DNA of 64,000 nucleotides from a virus (IMGVR_UViG_3300036971_000130), one strand, 5' to 3'. Shown: positions 49,255-59,248, counted from the first letter of the stretch. Notes: generated from the sequence alone by a model not told the origin. Translations and numbers: made by a program.

Positions 49255-49860
49255 TCACCGGAGTGGTGCCCCGACGATGAACGGAATCGAGCCAGGATCA
49301 TGGATGTCGACCCCGTGACCTTCGGTCCGGTCCTCGTGGATGACGACCTTGACGAACGGAAGCGAGCCACCTCGTGCCGCTGACTCGAACGTCTCGTGGA
49401 CGGACCAGCAGTGACGCTCATCGAAGACACCCCAGACGGCGTCCGGCGTGAGTTCGACCTCGACATCGGTGACCGTGAAGGTCCACTGGTGCGTGCGGCC
49501 TTCGACGACGAGGTCCATGTCGGTGACCTTGATCGTGTGCTCACCGTCATGGGAGACGAACGAGTTGATGCCGTAACGCCAGATCGTGTCCACCATCCCG
49601 GCGACATGAGCGATCGAACGGGACATCGAGTAGAAGTCGTTGTCCAGCATGAACTGGACGTTCCCGCCGAAGACCAGCGGGTGATCCTCCGTGGTGACCG
49701 TGATGTACGGCTCGCCGTCCGAGTGATGACGTTCCGAACTCAGGAGCCGTACGCCAGCAAAGGTCTTCGGGTGGAGGATGACCGCCCTGTCCCGCACCCA
49801 CGAATGGACCGCCGCAGCGGGAGAACCGGGGATGGGTCTGGTGACGGGAAGACTGAACAT
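49255..49860 (-). CDS. hypothetical protein
   Basis: Motif-led ORF. Confidence 0.65.
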   Translation of the reverse strand: MFSLPVTRPIPGSPAAAVHSWVRDRAVILHPKTFAGVRLLSSERHHSDGEPYITVTTEDHPLVFGGNVQFMLDNDFYSMSRSIAHVAGMVDTIWRYGINSFVSHDGEHTIKVTDMDLVVEGRTHQWTFTVTDVEVELTPDAVWGVFDERHCWSVHETFESAARGGSLPFVKVVIHEDRTEGHGVDIHDPGSIPFIVGAPLR

Positions 49861-49879
49861 GACCCCCATCATGGGTGGC

Positions 49880-50490
49880 GCTCAGACGCCCGAGGCGCTC
49901 AACATGGAACGCCGCCACAGGACGTGGGACCACCGGGGAAATCCGCACCCAGAGTGAGGGACTCGCGCCAAAAGCCTGTGGATAAACCCCCGGAAGGCCC
50001 CGACCCAGCGAAATCGCCTGCTCCGCTTCGCTCCGCATGTCGTCGCTTCGCTCCTTCGTTGACCTTCGGTCAGGGTTTTGCCTGTCAGGGGGATGTCTGT
50101 TTCTCACGTTTTGTTCCGTTTCGTCCCACCATGTCCCGTTCTGTTCCTAAGGTAAGAGTTCAAGTCAGCATCAGATTCAGTCAGCATCATCCAGTCACCA
50201 GTTTCACCAGTCCCATTCTCCATTGCGTAGCTCCAACGAACACGCCTACGGCGTGAACCCCGAACCCCAGAACCACCGAAACCACGAACCGCCCAACACG
50301 TCCCAGCACGTCCCGACACGCCCCACCGCCGGAGGCGGAAGCCGAAGGCGGAGACGGCGAAGCCGTCGCAGCCGCAGGCTCTTTTTATCGGCCTCCCGGC
50401 CCCGGCGCTTCGCTCTGTCCGATCCGGTGGGTTCGGGGTTGGGTGTGGGATGACCTTGCGGTCGTCGCCGGGTTCGGTCTCCGTGGTTGG
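49880..50490. other. candidate replication origin: DnaA box, GNA mini-hairpins, CAGTCA repeats
   Basis: TGTGGATAA at 49977-49985; many GCGAAGC/GCCGNAGGC elements; divergent genes either side. Confidence 0.5.
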
Positions 50491-50514
50491 GTGTCGCCAC
50501 CCATGATGGTTGGC

Positions 50515-50784
50515 ATGGACTTCTTCGTCTCTCGTGTGTTCCGTTCTGCCTCTCCGGTGTTGGGTTGGTGCCGTCCGTTCGTGTTGCCGGTTCTCGGGTT
50601 CCTGTTCGCTTGCGTGGGGTGGTCTGCGTTCTTCGCTGCTGTCATGGCTGTGAAGCTCGAAGGTGAGTACGGGTCGTTCATGGCCGGTTGGAACTGGGTT
50701 TGGGAAGCGCCGGTCATCCCGGCCTTCCTCGGGCTGGGCTTCGCTGCCGTTACCTGTTCGGCTGTCTCCGAGTTGAAGGGCTGA
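50515..50784 (+). CDS. small membrane protein
   Basis: Motif-led; two TM segments. Confidence 0.6.
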   Translation: MDFFVSRVFRSASPVLGWCRPFVLPVLGFLFACVGWSAFFAAVMAVKLEGEYGSFMAGWNWVWEAPVIPAFLGLGFAAVTCSAVSELKG

Positions 50785-50789
50785 TCTTC

Positions 50790-51434
50790 GTGACTCGTGT
50801 GGCGTTCTCTCCGTCCGATTCGATCCGTAGTGTCTCGTTCCCGTTGGAGGGTTCGGAGGTTGGCCGTACGGTCTTGTACTTCTCGTTCTCGGGGATGCGG
50901 GCTGCTGGTGTTCCGGCGGAGTTCGTCTCGTTCTACTCCTTCGAGGACGAGGATGTGTTGGAGTGCGATGACACTTCGGTGTTGGTGTCTCGGGCGGTTG
51001 CTGGTCGAACAGTCCGTTCTCAGAACGCTCTGTTCGAGGATGTCCGGGTGGCTCCGTTCACGTCTCTCGCTGGCGGTGACTTCCGGGGTGTACGCCTCGG
51101 TGGCGTGAACTTTCGTGGCGGCGATCTGTCGTTTGCGACTTTCGACGGTGGCCTTCTCCGAGGTGCTGATCTCTCTGGGTGTTCTGGTGAGCATGTGAGC
51201 TTCGATGGCACGTCGTGTTTCGGTGCGTCGTTCCGTTATGCGAGGTTCCTGTGCGGGTTCTTCCGTGACGGGAACTTTGCGAAGGTGAACTTCGATGGGG
51301 CGGATCTGAGCTTCTCTGAGTTCGACTCGGTGGTTCTCACCGGGTCGTCGTTCAACGGAACGATCCTGCGTGGTGTGCGCTTCGAGAACGTCGACCTGTC
51401 GTTGGTCGATCTGTCGTCTGCGATCTTGGACTGA
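50790..51434 (+). CDS. pentapeptide repeat protein
   Basis: GDFRG VRLGG VNFRG GDLSF ATFDG.. ADLSG repeats. Confidence 0.85.
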   Translation: MTRVAFSPSDSIRSVSFPLEGSEVGRTVLYFSFSGMRAAGVPAEFVSFYSFEDEDVLECDDTSVLVSRAVAGRTVRSQNALFEDVRVAPFTSLAGGDFRGVRLGGVNFRGGDLSFATFDGGLLRGADLSGCSGEHVSFDGTSCFGASFRYARFLCGFFRDGNFAKVNFDGADLSFSEFDSVVLTGSSFNGTILRGVRFENVDLSLVDLSSAILD

Positions 51435-51476
51435 TCGAGGTTGGACATGGCCGCTACCGCCATCCATAGTGGAGGT

Positions 51477-51556
51477 ACAAGCCACCAACCGCCGGACCAG
51501 GAACCCGGCGAGACATAGAACCCACGAGGCCCGGACCTTATGGTTCGGGCCTCTCT
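51477..51556 (+). ncRNA. candidate small RNA (about 80 nt)
   Basis: Full class I promoter 51441-51470, no start codon, hairpin 51490-51510, terminator-like hairpin 51526-51553. Confidence 0.5.
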
Positions 51557-51604
51557 ACATCTGAGGTCGTTGATCAGGTTCATTGTCATCGGTAGCCTGC
51601 CGGG

Positions 51605-52439
51605 ATGTCCTCTTACGCTGCTACCGCAGTCCTCCCTGACCTGACCGATTCACTGGGCTTCACCTGGCCGTCGGAAGGCAAGGCTCGAAACCCGAAGGGC
51701 ATCCTTCGACTGTGTCGTCGTCCTCCGGGTCCTCCGATCCGATGCCGACTACGTCGCTGACTACGGCTACGTGATGCTGAACACCGGCCTGGCGTCCCTC
51801 TCCAAGCTCGCAGAGGGCGGGATCGTGCCTCTGACGGACTTCATCGGCAAGACGGGTGTCACGATCCGCCGTCAGTCCATCACCGACGGTCAGACCAGCT
51901 ACGTCCAGTACAAGGACGGGTACGTCAACGTCGGTCCCGATCACACCCTCCGGATGGGCACGGCGACCTGTGCCGCCGGTGACATCGTCCGTACGAGCCG
52001 GGATGACGAACCGATGACCCACGAACTCGTCGTCTCCACGATCTACGGATACGCCTTCGGCATCAACGGTCCGATCTCTCCGGTCGAGGTGATGAAGAAC
52101 GGGTTCACCAAGACGGTCCCGTTGTCCACCTTCCCGGAGGGCACCTTCCGTAGCCTCGCCCTGAGCAACCGTCTCATGGACTCGTTCGGCTACCCGGTCT
52201 CGCCCATGTCGACCCAGACGGACGGCATCAACGTCCTCGTCGCCCACCAGCAGATGACCCAGGCCCAGGTCGCTCTCGCCATGAGCATGAGCGACCTTGG
52301 TATCCGGGTGTTCACCTGGGACAAGGATGCGAACCTGACCCCGATCGAGGAATTCACGATGTCGGGCGGTTCGTACACCGTGTGGGGTCGGAACAAGCAG
52401 TTCAGCAGGTCGGGTGACCTCGAAGCGTTCGTCGCCTGA
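51605..52439 (+). CDS. hypothetical protein with apparent frameshift near 51670
   Basis: TAGCCT-N6-ATG at 51605; the frame of 51771-52439 is open upstream without a start. Confidence 0.55.
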
Positions 52440-52440
52440 T

Positions 52441-52668
52441 CTACTCGTACGCCGCCCGGACTCTCTCACTGAGGGTCCGGGCGCTCGGGTCAGCCAACAG
52501 AGCGATCTCGGACAGAGCGAGCACACCGTCCCTCACCGATTCGTACCGAGCAAGATCACACCGGGAGCAGAAGGCGAACTCCGAACACCAGTCCGAACAA
52601 GCTGAACACCACTGCCGGTGGTTCTTCGCCTCGCCGGTGCAGTTGCAGAAGTGCCCACCATCGACCAT
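52441..52668 (-). CDS. small Cys-rich protein
   Basis: CNC..CSAC..C..CSRC. Confidence 0.45.
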   Translation of the reverse strand: MVDGGHFCNCTGEAKNHRQWCSACSDWCSEFAFCSRCDLARYESVRDGVLALSEIALLADPSARTLSERVRAAYE

Positions 52669-52703
52669 GCTCTGATCCTCCTACCAAGAAACGGAACCGT
52701 CAA

Positions 52704-53156
52704 ATGGCTGACCGAAAGCCGTCGCCTCAACTCGCTCAGTTCATCGAGAACGCCATGGACTTCATTGCCCATGTGCGAGAGATGCACGATGACCCATCCG
52801 AGGCTGAGTTGGCTGCGATCATCTACCTGGATGCATCAGCTTCCGTCGCCAACTTCGTCGTCAGCGCAACCAACGGGGACCCACACACGTCCGACATCCT
52901 GAACTCGTCCATCGGGCTCGTTCTCGCCCTGGCGATCGTGCACGGCGCTGACATCGGCGGGATCGACCACGTCGAAGTGCCGATCACGTCCCTCCCTGCG
53001 ATGATGGGGATTCTGGGAACGCCCACACGCTTCCTCTGGAAGCGGGACGACTCGCTGATCGACTTCCCCAACGAAGCTCACAAGAAGGTCGCTGAACTGA
53101 ACCTCAGGCTCGCTCTCGGTGGCCTGTTCAACCTGCGATGGGGAGCCAACCCGTGA
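52704..53156 (+). CDS. hypothetical protein
   Basis: ORF. Confidence 0.6.
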   Translation: MADRKPSPQLAQFIENAMDFIAHVREMHDDPSEAELAAIIYLDASASVANFVVSATNGDPHTSDILNSSIGLVLALAIVHGADIGGIDHVEVPITSLPAMMGILGTPTRFLWKRDDSLIDFPNEAHKKVAELNLRLALGGLFNLRWGANP

Positions 53157-53256
53157 CCGAAGCGAACGAGTACCTGATCCGTGCCGGAGAGACGAAGTGG
53201 AACGCATGCGCCGCTGCGTCTCAGATCGTCGACCTGTTCCTCGATCTGATCCAGAA

Positions 53257-54237
53257 GTGACCCCAGGAGGCATGGTCCTCACCCCTCACGGGGTATGTGT
53301 CATCCACGGCATCGACGCTCGTGAGGCTGTGGTGCAGTCAGTCGACGATCGCTTCCACGTCGTGGCGAGAGAGGACATCTCGGACTACGACGGTGAGGCG
53401 TGGGCTGTCGACGGCGGAGGGCTCCGCTACATCGGGGACAACACCCATCTCGCTGTGGATCTCACGACCATCGACCCCGGCGACCTTCAGGTTGAAGCCA
53501 CCGCCGATGGCGTCAACTGGGGTACCACTGGGCTGCATGGCCGCATCAAGCGAACCGGCAGAGACATGTCAGATGCGATGGACTTCGTCAGGGGGCGCTC
53601 CGATCTCATCTCGGTCTCGTCCACCTCGATCGTCTTCGAGACCGGCGAGGAACTCCCGATCCGTCGTTGGGCGGGTCGACCGGTCGTCTACACCATCGAG
53701 ATCCGCAAGCCCGAGGGCGTCTGGGTCCCGTACGCCGCCGATGTCTCCGTCGGGAACGTCGTCACCGACGGGACCGAGTTCGGGATGGTGGTGACGATCA
53801 TCGGCACGGTGCCGGTGATGGTCCGACGTGACGGAACCCTGGATGTGGCGTTCCCGAAGATCGTTGGCGGACCTGAAGGTCTGGTCGCCTGCGCCTCTGA
53901 GAAGGAACGGCTCTCGCTGATCCTCTCCGGCGAAGCTGCCGTCTGGAACGAACACGGCCGACTGATCCCGGTGACCCTCGAAGATGTCGTGGAGTCCGGT
54001 GAGGTGGACTGGCTGATCCGTGTCCCCCAGGGGCCTCCCGACAGCAAGAGGCTCATCGAGCATCTCGTGTACGGTCGTGAGATCACCTGCGATGGTCGGC
54101 CTGTCACCTCCGTCGAACGGATCGACGGGAAGTGCGTGATCGTCGTCGACGGGAACCCGGTCTCGAACCCTCGCACCATCAGGGTGCAGCCGACATCGGA
54201 AGACCTCAGCTTCTACTCGAAAGGACTCGACCTGTGA
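53257..54237 (+). CDS. hypothetical protein
   Basis: GTGA-coupled to a 35-aa ORF at 53153-53260. Confidence 0.65.
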   Translation: MTPGGMVLTPHGVCVIHGIDAREAVVQSVDDRFHVVAREDISDYDGEAWAVDGGGLRYIGDNTHLAVDLTTIDPGDLQVEATADGVNWGTTGLHGRIKRTGRDMSDAMDFVRGRSDLISVSSTSIVFETGEELPIRRWAGRPVVYTIEIRKPEGVWVPYAADVSVGNVVTDGTEFGMVVTIIGTVPVMVRRDGTLDVAFPKIVGGPEGLVACASEKERLSLILSGEAAVWNEHGRLIPVTLEDVVESGEVDWLIRVPQGPPDSKRLIEHLVYGREITCDGRPVTSVERIDGKCVIVVDGNPVSNPRTIRVQPTSEDLSFYSKGLDL

Positions 54238-54271
54238 CCACTCCCGAGTACGACGCAGCGGACTCCTGTAC

Positions 54272-54697
54272 ATGAACCACATCGACGAGGGCCTGAAGAT
54301 CCTCGATGCGATCGAAGCTTCAGACACCGCCAAGCGGGCGTTCTGTCTGCACCCGCTTGCCCAGGGCGATGCGGAGATCGGGCAGTTCGATCCTCACCTG
54401 GCGTCGTCGCCCGAAGTCCTGGTGGCGACCATCGAGTACCGCAACGTGGCGAACAGGTACCTGTCACATCACCACGGCGTTGCTGGTCTCCGGCCGATCC
54501 CGTCGCCGCTGGCGGTCGTCAACGACATGCTGATCGCTGACAAGGTCCAGAACCGCAAGGACTTCCTGACGAACCCGGCGATCACCGGCGAGAAGTGGGA
54601 TCGGCTGAACAGCTACTTCCTGGCCTGGCTGGAAGCTCTCGGCGTCTCCGACAACGAGTACGTCTGGCTCTGCGAGATCGCCTCCGACCATCCATGA
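54272..54697 (+). CDS. conserved-looking hypothetical protein (HD-like), 5' end possibly damaged
   Basis: MNHIDEGL..AFCLHPL..EYRNVAN..MLIADKVQNRKDF; ends HP-stop in motif. Confidence 0.6.
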   Translation: MNHIDEGLKILDAIEASDTAKRAFCLHPLAQGDAEIGQFDPHLASSPEVLVATIEYRNVANRYLSHHHGVAGLRPIPSPLAVVNDMLIADKVQNRKDFLTNPAITGEKWDRLNSYFLAWLEALGVSDNEYVWLCEIASDHP

Positions 54698-54704
54698 TGG
54701 TCCC

Positions 54705-55634
54705 ATGACGAACTTCACCATCTCGCACCGGCGTTCCGTCGGGTTCACCGACTCCGATGGTAAGCCCGTCTTCCACACCGGGTACGTGCTGGGGTCCAGC
54801 GGCCTGCTGTCGGTCTACTACTACCCATCGAACGGGACAGCAGTGGCCGAACGAGGGATCGGGAAAACCACGGCCGGACACCCGCTCGGGGCCGACCGTC
54901 GACCGATGACGCTCAGCGGTGACTACGTCGACTACCAGGACTTCCTCGTGGAGATCGGGACGGACAACGTCACCTTCGCCAACAGGGCGGTGGTCGAACT
55001 CTCCGACGGAACCTGCCGGTACGTGCCTCACAGCCGCCCGGACCTGATCGACCGGACCTCGTACCCGACACCCACCGACTTCGATGTCGAGGTCGACATC
55101 GACCCGTTCGACTTCGAGCAGCCGTGGCAGTGCTACGTCGGCAGCGAAGCGTGGCTCAATCACGACATCGTCCGAGGCTTCCACATCGGCCGTGGCCGAG
55201 CGACCGTCGAACGTCCGTGGCCCGGCGAGAAGGTGCCGGTCTTCTCGATCTACGAGTTCCCCGGCGGCGAACGTCGGCTCGTCGACTTCCAGTCCGAGAT
55301 CCTGCCGATCTCCGCCTGCCTCGGCTACGAGGACGACGACTACTTCAACGATGTCGACCCGCCGGAGTCACGGCTCTGCCTCGGAGGCCGTGTCCTCGAC
55401 ACCGTGCCGTACAAGACCGCCAACCTCGACCAGTACGGGGCGTGGCTGTTCGAGACGAACCGTGTCACCGACGCCGATGGGGAAATCCTCGACCGTTGGA
55501 CGGACGGCCCGATGGTCTACCACCGGTTCCGGCCGAAGCCCGAGAAGGAGATCGACCGGGCGGTCTGGATCACCGACATCTTCGCCAACCGCTGGTCCTA
55601 CGAGAACGGAGAGATCAGGTTCGACGAAGGCTGA
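54705..55634 (+). CDS. hypothetical protein
   Basis: Motif-led 309-aa ORF. Confidence 0.7.
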   Translation: MTNFTISHRRSVGFTDSDGKPVFHTGYVLGSSGLLSVYYYPSNGTAVAERGIGKTTAGHPLGADRRPMTLSGDYVDYQDFLVEIGTDNVTFANRAVVELSDGTCRYVPHSRPDLIDRTSYPTPTDFDVEVDIDPFDFEQPWQCYVGSEAWLNHDIVRGFHIGRGRATVERPWPGEKVPVFSIYEFPGGERRLVDFQSEILPISACLGYEDDDYFNDVDPPESRLCLGGRVLDTVPYKTANLDQYGAWLFETNRVTDADGEILDRWTDGPMVYHRFRPKPEKEIDRAVWITDIFANRWSYENGEIRFDEG

Positions 55635-56163
55635 ACGCCGACATGTCGTAGACCCGAAGGAAGCCATCGGATTCCACGCCGTACCCCTCGTAGGTCACGT
55701 CCTCGTTGTAGTAGTCCTCCCACGCCATCTCGGCCTCCCAGTAGTCCGTGTCGTCGTAGTCCTCGATGTACGGCTTGGTGTCGTACCCTCCGGTCTCGAA
55801 GGTGAAGTCCCCGAAGGTCACCGTGTCATACCCGATCTCGACGCCGTTCACACCACCACCGAAGGTGACGAGACGATCCTTGTCGAAGGTGGGGTTGGAC
55901 GTGATGCCGAAGCCGTACGGAGTCACGGCGATGAACCCGGAGTCGCAGTTGATCGGGGTCGAGTCGTCGTTGTTCGTGGCGAACATGGTCTTGGTCCGGC
56001 ACGCCTTCGGCAGACGAGCCACCACCGAGTCGTCGAACCGGAAGGTCTCCTGGTCGCCTGCGACGGTCAGAAACCGTTCGAGGTCAGCTTCCTCGGTGAT
56101 GAGGTCCGTCGGGTCGCCCACGAGGTAGACGCCGGACGGGAAGGTGATGTCGGTCTCGTTCAT
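55615..56163 (-). CDS. hypothetical protein
   Basis: Motif-led; GVYLVGDP..DSGFIAV. Confidence 0.65.
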   Translation of the reverse strand: MNETDITFPSGVYLVGDPTDLITEEADLERFLTVAGDQETFRFDDSVVARLPKACRTKTMFATNNDDSTPINCDSGFIAVTPYGFGITSNPTFDKDRLVTFGGGVNGVEIGYDTVTFGDFTFETGGYDTKPYIEDYDDTDYWEAEMAWEDYYNEDVTYEGYGVESDGFLRVYDMSAFSLRRT

Positions 56164-56187
56164 GGGATCATCATGGGTGGCAACGGC

Positions 56188-56625
56188 TCAGAGGACCAGC
56201 TTGGCTTGGAACTGCTGGATCTTCTTCGTGAGTTCCGGCGTGACCTCGCCAGCCGTCAAGGCGGCGATGATCTCGTCGGCCTCGCTCAGCCAGTACGAGT
56301 CGTCTCGCCATCCGACCGGCCACGATTCGTAGTGATCGGTGTCCCATGACCAGTGGATGGAGCGGTCACGGGAAGACTGCTCGTCTTCGATGTGGCCGAA
56401 GTCACGAGCGCACCCTCCGCCGGGGCCGACCGCATCACACCTCGAACGCTTCCGAGGGTCCGGAGAGCCGCTCAACATGGCGTCAGCGATGGCGGCGTTC
56501 ATCTCTCCCTTGGTCATCCCGATATCAGAGAGTTTCGGAGCTTCGATGAGGTCGAGCGTCCCAGGGGAACAGTCGCCTTGGAAACAGGTGACAGTGGTTT
56601 CGTCGCCGCAGCGGGGGCATTGCAC
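56188..56625 (-). CDS. Cys/His zinc-binding protein, paralog family D
   Basis: CPRC..C..GDC.PGTL..C..C....GH..H..WPVG. Confidence 0.7.
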   Translation of the reverse strand: MQCPRCGDETTVTCFQGDCSPGTLDLIEAPKLSDIGMTKGEMNAAIADAMLSGSPDPRKRSRCDAVGPGGGCARDFGHIEDEQSSRDRSIHWSWDTDHYESWPVGWRDDSYWLSEADEIIAALTAGEVTPELTKKIQQFQAKLVL

Positions 56626-56677
56626 AGGATCATCCGATCGTTCGTTGGTGGGTTCTGAGGCGGGCCAACCCGACAGG

Positions 56678-57124
56678 TCAGCCCCGGTCCGCCCAGAGGT
56701 CCGGCCGGTTCAGGAAGTCGGAGAACTCCTGCCGGAGCGTGTCCGTGAGACCGTCTTCGAGCAGTTCTTCGATCAGCATGTCGACATCACGGAGAAGTTC
56801 CTCGTCGTCCTTCAGGCCGATCGGCCAGTACATGTAGTGGTCACCGGGGCGGGCCGAATGCTTGTTGTTGTCGTACCACGGGGTGTCGAGATGCCCGGCG
56901 GAACGGTCACACCTGACTCCGTCGTAACGGTGGTTGCAGAGGTGTCGCCGGTCCCGAACGTCAGGGTCTCGGTCAGCCATCGCAGCGTCGTACTCCGCAC
57001 GGGTGCGACCGGCATCCTCAGGGGTCGGAGCGGGAACGAGCATGGGCATCAGCGTGCCCGGCACGCACTCACCTTCGACGCAGATGTGGGTGATCTGCTT
57101 GTTGCAGCGTGGGCAGTTCTTCAT
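56678..57124 (-). CDS. Cys/His zinc-binding protein, paralog family D
   Basis: CPRC..C..GEC.PGTL..C..C....GH..H..WPIG. Confidence 0.7.
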   Translation of the reverse strand: MKNCPRCNKQITHICVEGECVPGTLMPMLVPAPTPEDAGRTRAEYDAAMADRDPDVRDRRHLCNHRYDGVRCDRSAGHLDTPWYDNNKHSARPGDHYMYWPIGLKDDEELLRDVDMLIEELLEDGLTDTLRQEFSDFLNRPDLWADRG

Positions 57125-57414
57125 CGGTCCTGTCCTCCGAACATGGTCTCCATCGTCTCCCGAGGGTTGATGTCGGCCTCGTAGAACAGCGTTCCACCGG
57201 CGAGGAACGCTTCGAGCATCCCTCCGCCGAGCGACCACGACATGTACTCCCGGTCCGCAGCAGCCCGCTCCTTCTCCCGTTCACGCAGGACAGCGATCTC
57301 ATCCGTCAGAGCGTTGATCTTCCTGTGTGCCTTGGCGAGTTCACGAAGCAGGTCTTCCTCCCGAGGATTGAACTCGTCGTCCCACGGATCGTCACACCAG
57401 CCGTAGAAGCTCAC
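57121..57414 (-). CDS. hypothetical protein
   Basis: Coupled ORF. Confidence 0.55.
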   Translation of the reverse strand: MSFYGWCDDPWDDEFNPREEDLLRELAKAHRKINALTDEIAVLREREKERAAADREYMSWSLGGGMLEAFLAGGTLFYEADINPRETMETMFGGQDR

Positions 57415-57608
57415 CCGAACACCGTCCGAACGAAGTCCTCGCCTTCGGCGGTCAGGGTCGGATTCCCGTAGATCCCGTCCTTGCACTCGATCCGGCGACC
57501 GTCTTCGGAGCCGGGGACGACGAGCCCGTCGCTGTCGAAGACGAGAACGGCGATGATGTCCTGAGCCGAGATGCGGCGCTCTCTTGCGATGTCGATGATC
57601 GTCTTCAT
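57411..57608 (-). CDS. small hypothetical protein
   Basis: Motif-led. Confidence 0.6.
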   Translation of the reverse strand: MKTIIDIARERRISAQDIIAVLVFDSDGLVVPGSEDGRRIECKDGIYGNPTLTAEGEDFVRTVFG

Positions 57609-58273
57609 GGCACCATCATGGGTGGCCCGGTGGCGATCACCGTCTCCGGTTGAGCGAACAGGATGAAGTCCTCGACCTTCGATGCGTCGTCGACGATCAC
57701 CGTCTTAACCGAGAAGTCGGACATGGTGACGAGACCGATGGACGCAGACCGGAGATCCATGACCTCCACGTCGGCTGCGACGAAGTACCCACGAGTCACC
57801 GTGGCACCCGACAGGTCGATCGTGTCGAGGTTGCGTCCTTCGGTTCGGAAGTCGCCGGTCCCATGGAACTCGACGAAGTCTTCGAGGATCTGAAGCTTCG
57901 TCGGCGTAGCACCGAAGTTGCCCCACCATCGCTGCTTCGGTCGAACCGGGAAACACATGGCGTCGAACGCCTCGTGGTTGTAGTCGGTGCCGGAGACCAC
58001 GTACCGTTCGGCGGTGATACCGAACGCCCGGATCTTGCCGATCTGCTTGCGGTCCAGGAGCACCCGTCGTGCGGTCACCCGGAAGAACTGGGCAAAGAGC
58101 ACCTTCGCTCCACGGATGTCGAGCGTGTCAGCGTGCACGTCAAAGATGTAGCCGGACCGGTAGGTGCCGCTCAACTTCACGTTCTGGCCGTAGAGGTGCG
58201 AGGTCACCGAACGGCTGTTCTTCGAGATGAGGTGGATGTTCTCGCCACCGATCGGGAGGATGTCGAAGGTCAT
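57605..58273 (-). CDS. hypothetical protein, possible beta-solenoid with internal duplication
   Basis: LDIRGA / IDLSGA / MDLRSA repeats. Confidence 0.55.
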   Translation of the reverse strand: MTFDILPIGGENIHLISKNSRSVTSHLYGQNVKLSGTYRSGYIFDVHADTLDIRGAKVLFAQFFRVTARRVLLDRKQIGKIRAFGITAERYVVSGTDYNHEAFDAMCFPVRPKQRWWGNFGATPTKLQILEDFVEFHGTGDFRTEGRNLDTIDLSGATVTRGYFVAADVEVMDLRSASIGLVTMSDFSVKTVIVDDASKVEDFILFAQPETVIATGPPMMVP

Positions 58274-58872
58274 CAGAACGGAAGCGGGGAGAGGGTGATG
58301 GTGCGGTCGGCGTAGAACGGGTGGTCGGCTCCGGGCATGCGGAGGGTAGCTGCTCCCTCGAACTCGCACGCTGCGGCCCACTGCGGATCGCAGAGGCCGA
58401 TCTTGCCCGCCCACCAGACGAACATGTGGGCTTGGACTCGGTCCTTCGGCTCCTTCGACAGCATGTGGTGGTGACCTTCGGTCTTCGACGGCAGGAGGTC
58501 GAATTCGTACTCCATGAAGACGAGTGACCCAGGTCCGGTGAGGCGGATGTTGACGTGCATGTAGGCGGCGAACAGCGCCACCTCACGGTCGGTCAGCGTG
58601 GCGTCGAGGCCGGTGACCTTGATCTCGCCGTAGAATTCGTCGAGTTCGACCGCCACATCGTCCATGTCCAGCATCAGGAACGCATGCGGCGAACGCTGGA
58701 TGCTGTCGATGGTGTAGTCCTTGCCAGGGGTGTAGGCGATCGACGAGAGGACGTTCGGGACGCCCGTGAACATGCCCTCGTCGAGTTCGAACTCGGTGTA
58801 GTCGTCGCTCGGCGTTTCCATCTCGGAGCGCAGCGGTCGGTTCAGCGGAAGGGGGCGCAGGATGTCGTGCAT
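58273..58872 (-). CDS. hypothetical protein
   Basis: Motif-led. Confidence 0.65.
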   Translation of the reverse strand: MHDILRPLPLNRPLRSEMETPSDDYTEFELDEGMFTGVPNVLSSIAYTPGKDYTIDSIQRSPHAFLMLDMDDVAVELDEFYGEIKVTGLDATLTDREVALFAAYMHVNIRLTGPGSLVFMEYEFDLLPSKTEGHHHMLSKEPKDRVQAHMFVWWAGKIGLCDPQWAAACEFEGAATLRMPGADHPFYADRTITLSPLPF

Positions 58873-58879
58873 GGTCACA

Positions 58880-59248
58880 TCATGGGTGGTCGACGATGTC
58901 GGCCTCGCAGGAGAGCGTGAGCCAGGTGGCGAACCCGGTGTAGACGATACACCACACTTTCATCAGCAGGTCACCGTCCCAGGTGAAAGTGACGAGGATG
59001 GTCAGGATCTCCATGACGGAGAGGTTGATCATCGCCACCCCATACGCGACCCTCTCCCCGAAGTAGACCACGATCGTGCGGAAGACGATCCCGACACCGT
59101 AGGTGACCATCAGGAGGCTGAATGCGATCGCCTCACCGGACACGAGTTGGTAGGACCCAATCCCGACGAGGGTGGCACCGATGAGTTCCAGGAGGACCAT
59201 CATGGTCTTCGTCATCCGGACCTCATCGGGAAGTTCGGTCGACATCAA
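58880..59248 (-). CDS. membrane protein; ends HP-stop in motif
   Basis: Four hydrophobic segments. Confidence 0.65.
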   Translation of the reverse strand: MMSTELPDEVRMTKTMMVLLELIGATLVGIGSYQLVSGEAIAFSLLMVTYGVGIVFRTIVVYFGERVAYGVAMINLSVMEILTILVTFTWDGDLLMKVWCIVYTGFATWLTLSCEADIVDHP

